A DNA stretch of 22,577 nt from an uncultured Alphaproteobacteria bacterium (GTDB taxonomy: Bacteria > Pseudomonadota > Alphaproteobacteria > Rs-D84), in NCBI GenBank assembly GCA_944392815.1, contig CALXXY010000008.1, forward strand, positions 1 through 22,577. The letters run 5' to 3'. Shown piece after piece: positions 18,761-22,577 of this stretch. Below the pieces are notes generated by a model that searched no databases, was not told the origin of the DNA, and worked only from the letters and a program-made list of their open reading frames with translations. How positions within the stretch are numbered: position 1 is the first letter of the stretch; each line of letters opens with the position of its first letter. Position numbers and translations under genes: made by a program.

Positions 18761-19534
18761 ATGGTTCAAATAATAGCATTTGCAAATCAAAAGGGCGGTG
18801 TTGGTAAAACAACGACCGCAATAAATTTGGCGACATCACTGGCGTCGATAAAAAAACGCGTGTTGTTGGTCGATTTGGATCCCCAGGGCAATGCCGGAAC
18901 GGGACTGGGATTTATCCGTGCGTCGCACCCACAAAGTGTTTATGGTGTTATAATGGGAACGGCGAACGCGGCGGATAATGTATTGTCCACGGCGATTCCG
19001 GGGCTGCACATTATGCCGTCGTCCATTGCATTGGCCGGGGCCGAGGTTGACTTATTAGATATGGAAAATCGTGAATATCGTTTGCGGAATGCGTTAATGC
19101 CGTTGTATGAATATTACGATTTTATTTTATTGGATTGTCCGCCTGCGTTGGGATTTTTAACACTGAACGCATTGACAACCGCGAATAATGTTATTATTCC
19201 ATTGCAGTGCGAATTTTACGCCCTAGAGGGCATTACCCATCTGTTGGGCAATATTCGTGGTATTCGCGAAAAATGGAATCCAGAATTGGAAATATTGGGC
19301 GTATTGTTGACCATGTATGACAAACGTTATGGTCAAACGCGCGATGTTGAAAACGATGTGCGTAATACGTTTGGCGACGCTGTGTTTAAAACTGTGATTC
19401 CGCGCAACGTCCGCGTGTCCGAGGCCCCCAGTCACGGCCAGCCCGCGTTGTTTTATGATTTTAATTCGTCCGGCGCCCAGGCATATTTGCGTGTCGCGAC
19501 CGAGGTTGTTAACCGTTTGGAACAGGGGGAATAA
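18761..19534 (+). CDS. parA: chromosome partitioning ATPase ParA
   Basis: ANQKGGVGKTTT, DLDPQGNA, DCPPALG, PLQCEFYALEG, IPRNVRVSEAPSHG. Alternative start at 18746. Confidence 0.96.
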   Translation: MVQIIAFANQKGGVGKTTTAINLATSLASIKKRVLLVDLDPQGNAGTGLGFIRASHPQSVYGVIMGTANAADNVLSTAIPGLHIMPSSIALAGAEVDLLDMENREYRLRNALMPLYEYYDFILLDCPPALGFLTLNALTTANNVIIPLQCEFYALEGITHLLGNIRGIREKWNPELEILGVLLTMYDKRYGQTRDVENDVRNTFGDAVFKTVIPRNVRVSEAPSHGQPALFYDFNSSGAQAYLRVATEVVNRLEQGE

Positions 19535-19537
19535 ACG

Positions 19538-20422
19538 ATGTCTAAATTTGGATTGGGCCGCGGTTTGGCGGATTTGCAACAGGGCATGGGAACCGTGCCA
19601 GACATATCGATATTAACGGGTGCGGAACGTGTTGTGGTAAAACAAATTCCGTTGGCGCAAATTGGTGCGAATCCAGATCAGCCGCGAAAAACATTTACAG
19701 AATCTGAATTGGCGGATTTGGCGGCGTCAATTCGCGAACGTGGCGTGTTGCAACCAATACTGTTGCGTGCGGTGGCTGGACGTCCATATTTATATGAAAT
19801 AGTGGCCGGCGAACGCCGTTTTCGTGCCAGTAAATTGGCTGGACTGACTGAAATTCCGGCATTGGTAAAACAAATCACGCCTGAAAACGCGATGGAAATC
19901 GCATTGATAGAAAATGTCCAGCGTGAAAATTTAAATCCCATAGAAGAATCAGCCGCATATAAAAACATCATGGAAAAATGCGGATATGAATTGTCGGACG
20001 TTTCGCGATTAATCGGCAAATCTGAAAGTTATATCAGAAACATTATGCGTTTGGATTCTTTGCCGGCGGACGTAAAGCAAATGGTCCAGCAGGGCACAAT
20101 ATCCGCATCGCACGCGCGCACGATTGCAGTGGCCGAAAACCCAACACAATTGGCGCATCAGATTATTGATAATAAAATGTCTGTGGCCGATACAGAAAAA
20201 ATGGTACGCAGTGCCGCGCGAAAATCCACGGGTCGAACATATTCGCCGAAAACCATCGATTCGGCCACAGTGCGTGAAATTGAATCGAAATTGCATGGTG
20301 CATTGGGCGTGCCGGCCAAATTGCGTGAACGCCGTGGCGGGGCAGGGCAGATAATTTTGGAATTCGCCACCCGCACACAAATGCAGGATTTGGTCGATAA
20401 ACTTGTTTCGCAAAATAAGTGA
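19538..20422 (+). CDS. parB: chromosome partitioning protein ParB
   Basis: GLGRGL, NPDQPRKTF, GVLQPI, AGERRFRA (CTP-binding), ALIENVQRENLNPIEE, HTH. Confidence 0.96.
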   Translation: MSKFGLGRGLADLQQGMGTVPDISILTGAERVVVKQIPLAQIGANPDQPRKTFTESELADLAASIRERGVLQPILLRAVAGRPYLYEIVAGERRFRASKLAGLTEIPALVKQITPENAMEIALIENVQRENLNPIEESAAYKNIMEKCGYELSDVSRLIGKSESYIRNIMRLDSLPADVKQMVQQGTISASHARTIAVAENPTQLAHQIIDNKMSVADTEKMVRSAARKSTGRTYSPKTIDSATVREIESKLHGALGVPAKLRERRGGAGQIILEFATRTQMQDLVDKLVSQNK

Positions 20423-20424
20423 GC

Positions 20425-20451
20425 AAAGGCCGGCAAATACCGGCCTTTTTT
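20425..20451 (+). terminator. terminator after parB, CCGG-N6-CCGG family
   Basis: AAAGGCCGGCAAATACCGGCCTTTTTT. Confidence 0.8.
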
Positions 20452-20480
20452 ATTAAAAACGACGGATTGTTAATAAATCA

Positions 20481-20512
20481 TAAAAAATACCGGCATTTGC
20501 CGGTATTTTTTA
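20481..20512. terminator. terminator after pal, CCGG-N6-CCGG family
   Basis: TAAAAAATACCGGCATTTGCCGGTATTTTTTA. Confidence 0.85.
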
Positions 20513-20529
20513 CATATTTTGAACAACAA

Positions 20530-20946
20530 TTATTTAACTGTTGTTGTGGCATTACGATTCCATTTCCAAACTTCTTCGCCGGTGCCCTTGACCAATGGGC
20601 GTTCTTTGCCGTATGAAATTGTGGAAATACGGGACGCGTCGATACCGTCATCAACCAAAACTGCTTTGGCTGCATTTGCACGACGTGCGCCCAATGCCAA
20701 GTTGTATTCTGTGGAACCACGTTCGTCGCAGTTGCCCGCGATTTGGATTTTTGTATCCGCGTGATTTTTCATATACAGCGATTGGCCCAACAGATTGTCG
20801 CGTGCCTCGTCAGAAATTTCAGACGAATTGAACGCAAAGAACACGCGCTGTTCGTTCAAATCAGCCGGTTCAACAATTGTCGAACCACCGCAGGCGGCCA
20901 ACATGCCCGCGACGCCAGCCAACATAGCAAAGTTTTTTATTTTCAT
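20530..20946 (-). CDS. pal: peptidoglycan-associated lipoprotein Pal
   Basis: Lipobox LAAC, RVFFAFNSS, GNCDERGSTEYNLALGARRA, ISYGKERP, NR. GGGAG SD; promoter TTGCTT-17-TAAAAT at 21011-20983. Confidence 0.94.
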   Translation of the reverse strand: MKIKNFAMLAGVAGMLAACGGSTIVEPADLNEQRVFFAFNSSEISDEARDNLLGQSLYMKNHADTKIQIAGNCDERGSTEYNLALGARRANAAKAVLVDDGIDASRISTISYGKERPLVKGTGEEVWKWNRNATTTVK

Positions 20947-21023
20947 GAAAATACTCCCTTGAGTTTCTGTTACTCGTGTTCTATTTTAGATTAAAAGGTT
21001 TGTAAAAGCAAGGAAAAAGGCAT

Positions 21024-21791
21024 ATGTGCAACAGTGACTTACGCGATTTAGTATTGGCCGGCATTCATTGGGAATTGACCGATGTGCCATTGGTTATGGC
21101 GGCGGCGGCACGTGCGGCGACTGTGCAAAATGACGCGCCGTCGCACCAGCCCGCACGCACACAAACATCTATTGTGCCGCCAATCGCGCCCCAGCAATCA
21201 ATATCGGTTGAAACGGCCACCGCCATGGCGGCGCGCCCGGCGGATATGGACGCACTGTGCCGTATGATATCAGAATTTAATCACCCACTGCGTGCGGGCG
21301 TGACGAACGTAGTTTTGCCGCATGTTGCCCCGCGCCCAAATGGGCTGGTTGTGGTGACGGATATTCCGTCTGGCGATGATGACGCGTCTGGGCGACTGTT
21401 GTCTGGTGCGGCCGGGGAATTGCTGGATAAAATGTTGGCGGCGATTGGCATGTCGCGCGACACAGTATCAATTGTGCCATTGCTGTTTTGGCGTACGCCG
21501 GGCGGCCGCACACCCACAGACGGGGAATTGGAATTGGCGCGCCCATTTGTTAACAGAATTTTTGAAATGTTAAAACCGCGATTTATTTTGACTTTGGGAA
21601 CGTTGGCGGCCATGCGTGTGGCGAACGCCACGTTGCCGCGTGCACACGGCGCAACAGTTGCATTGGAAAATGGGGTGACGGCCATGCCAATTTATCACCC
21701 GAATTATTTAATGTTAAAACCAGCCGCCAAACGCGATGCATGGACTGCATTGCAAACGGTGCAAAATTTGTTGAATTCAGCAGATAAATAG
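21024..21791 (+). CDS. uracil-DNA glycosylase family 4-like protein (degenerate active site)
   Basis: G.AGELLDKMLAAIG.SR, WRTPGGRTPT..E, P..ILTLG, MPIYHPNYL....AKRDAW..L. Confidence 0.85.
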   Translation: MCNSDLRDLVLAGIHWELTDVPLVMAAAARAATVQNDAPSHQPARTQTSIVPPIAPQQSISVETATAMAARPADMDALCRMISEFNHPLRAGVTNVVLPHVAPRPNGLVVVTDIPSGDDDASGRLLSGAAGELLDKMLAAIGMSRDTVSIVPLLFWRTPGGRTPTDGELELARPFVNRIFEMLKPRFILTLGTLAAMRVANATLPRAHGATVALENGVTAMPIYHPNYLMLKPAAKRDAWTALQTVQNLLNSADK

Positions 21792-21827
21792 ATAATAATT
21801 ACACAGAAAAATCAAAAGGAGCATACA

Positions 21828-22376
21828 ATTAAACCGTCTTTTAACCGTGATAATCGTCGGGATACGGGCCCGCGCATAAACAATCGGATTTTTGCAAAAT
21901 CAGTCCAGGTAATTAACGAAAACGGCCAAAATATGGGCGTGTTGCCAATTGCGGACGCGCTGCGTATGGCGGCGGACGCGGGGTTGGATTTGGTGGAAAT
22001 CAGTTCCAATGGCACAACGCCAATCACCAAAATAATGGACTATGGCAAATATAAATACGAACAGAAAAAACGCGCGTCCGAGGCCCGCAAAAACCAAAAA
22101 ACAGTCGAGATGAAGGAAGTTTGGGTCAAACCATTTATCGAGGAAAACGACCTGAATATCAAAATGAAAAAGGTATTTGAATTCCTGGACCAGGGGAACA
22201 AAGTCAAAATCGCGGTCATGACCCGCGGTTCGAAAAAGGTTCTGGCCCGGGGCAAAGACGCTGTTCCAGAATTGTTTGCGCGCATTATGGAAATAGTGGG
22301 CGAACGCGGCACATTGGAATCTAAATCCAAGCCGGACGAACGAACAAAATCAATCATTATCGCACCTGCGAAATAA
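21828..22376 (+). CDS. infC: translation initiation factor IF-3 (AUU start)
   Basis: AAGGAG (21816-21821) lies 6 nt before an in-frame ATT; this restores the GPRINNRI...V.VI..NG N-terminus. Also GLDLVEIS, KIMDYGKYKYE. Confidence 0.94.
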   Translation: MKPSFNRDNRRDTGPRINNRIFAKSVQVINENGQNMGVLPIADALRMAADAGLDLVEISSNGTTPITKIMDYGKYKYEQKKRASEARKNQKTVEMKEVWVKPFIEENDLNIKMKKVFEFLDQGNKVKIAVMTRGSKKVLARGKDAVPELFARIMEIVGERGTLESKSKPDERTKSIIIAPAK

Positions 22377-22377
22377 T

Positions 22378-22401
22378 AATCCGCCACACGGCGGATTTTT
22401 T
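22378..22401 (+). terminator. intrinsic terminator after infC
   Basis: AATCCGCC-ACAC-GGCGGATT followed by a T run. Confidence 0.8.
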
Positions 22402-22524
22402 ATTATCCCCCGCCAGTACAATGTCCACCGCCCACCGGGCGGGGGCGCGTGCGCTTTGCGCGACGGGGGTGGTCAGAGAGTTCAAGAAAATATGCTTGTT
22501 TGCCGCCGAATCACGATTTTTTAT

Positions 22525-22553
22525 TTGCCTTTTGGAAATAGTTTTTGTATGTT
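22525..22553 (+). promoter_or_regulatory. putative promoter for a gene beyond the window edge
   Basis: TTGCCT-17 nt-TATGTT, followed by AAGGA and an ATG at 22573. Confidence 0.4.
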
Positions 22554-22577
22554 TTTCCTGTGATCAAGGAACATGTT

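Overview
Gene-dense bacterial chromosome segment, inferred to be alphaproteobacterial from its SspB-alpha, RecF, ParB and UDG types, with most classical operons broken up. It carries three tRNAs (Val-GAC, Val-TAC, Cys-GCA), pnp, ybaB/ebfC, a split TolC-MacA ... MacB(ATPase + permease) exporter, recF-sspB, rnpA-yidD-accB-accC, mreB, an orphan radical SAM gene, a TPR protein plus gpsA, rsmG-parA-parB, pal, a degenerate family-4 UDG and infC with an AUU start. The most notable observations are: (1) two non-canonical parS-like sites upstream of parAB, each followed by a second conserved motif, together with a ParB whose four known specificity residues have all changed; (2) a small GIY-YIG nuclease between convergent tRNAs next to two different REP-like hairpin families; (3) a dispersed CCGG-N6-CCGG terminator/repeat family; (4) an unannotated structured RNA (6S-like candidate) with its own promoter; (5) a tRNA-Val with a compensatory A19:U56 pair. 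All calls were made by eye; no searches or folding programs were run.
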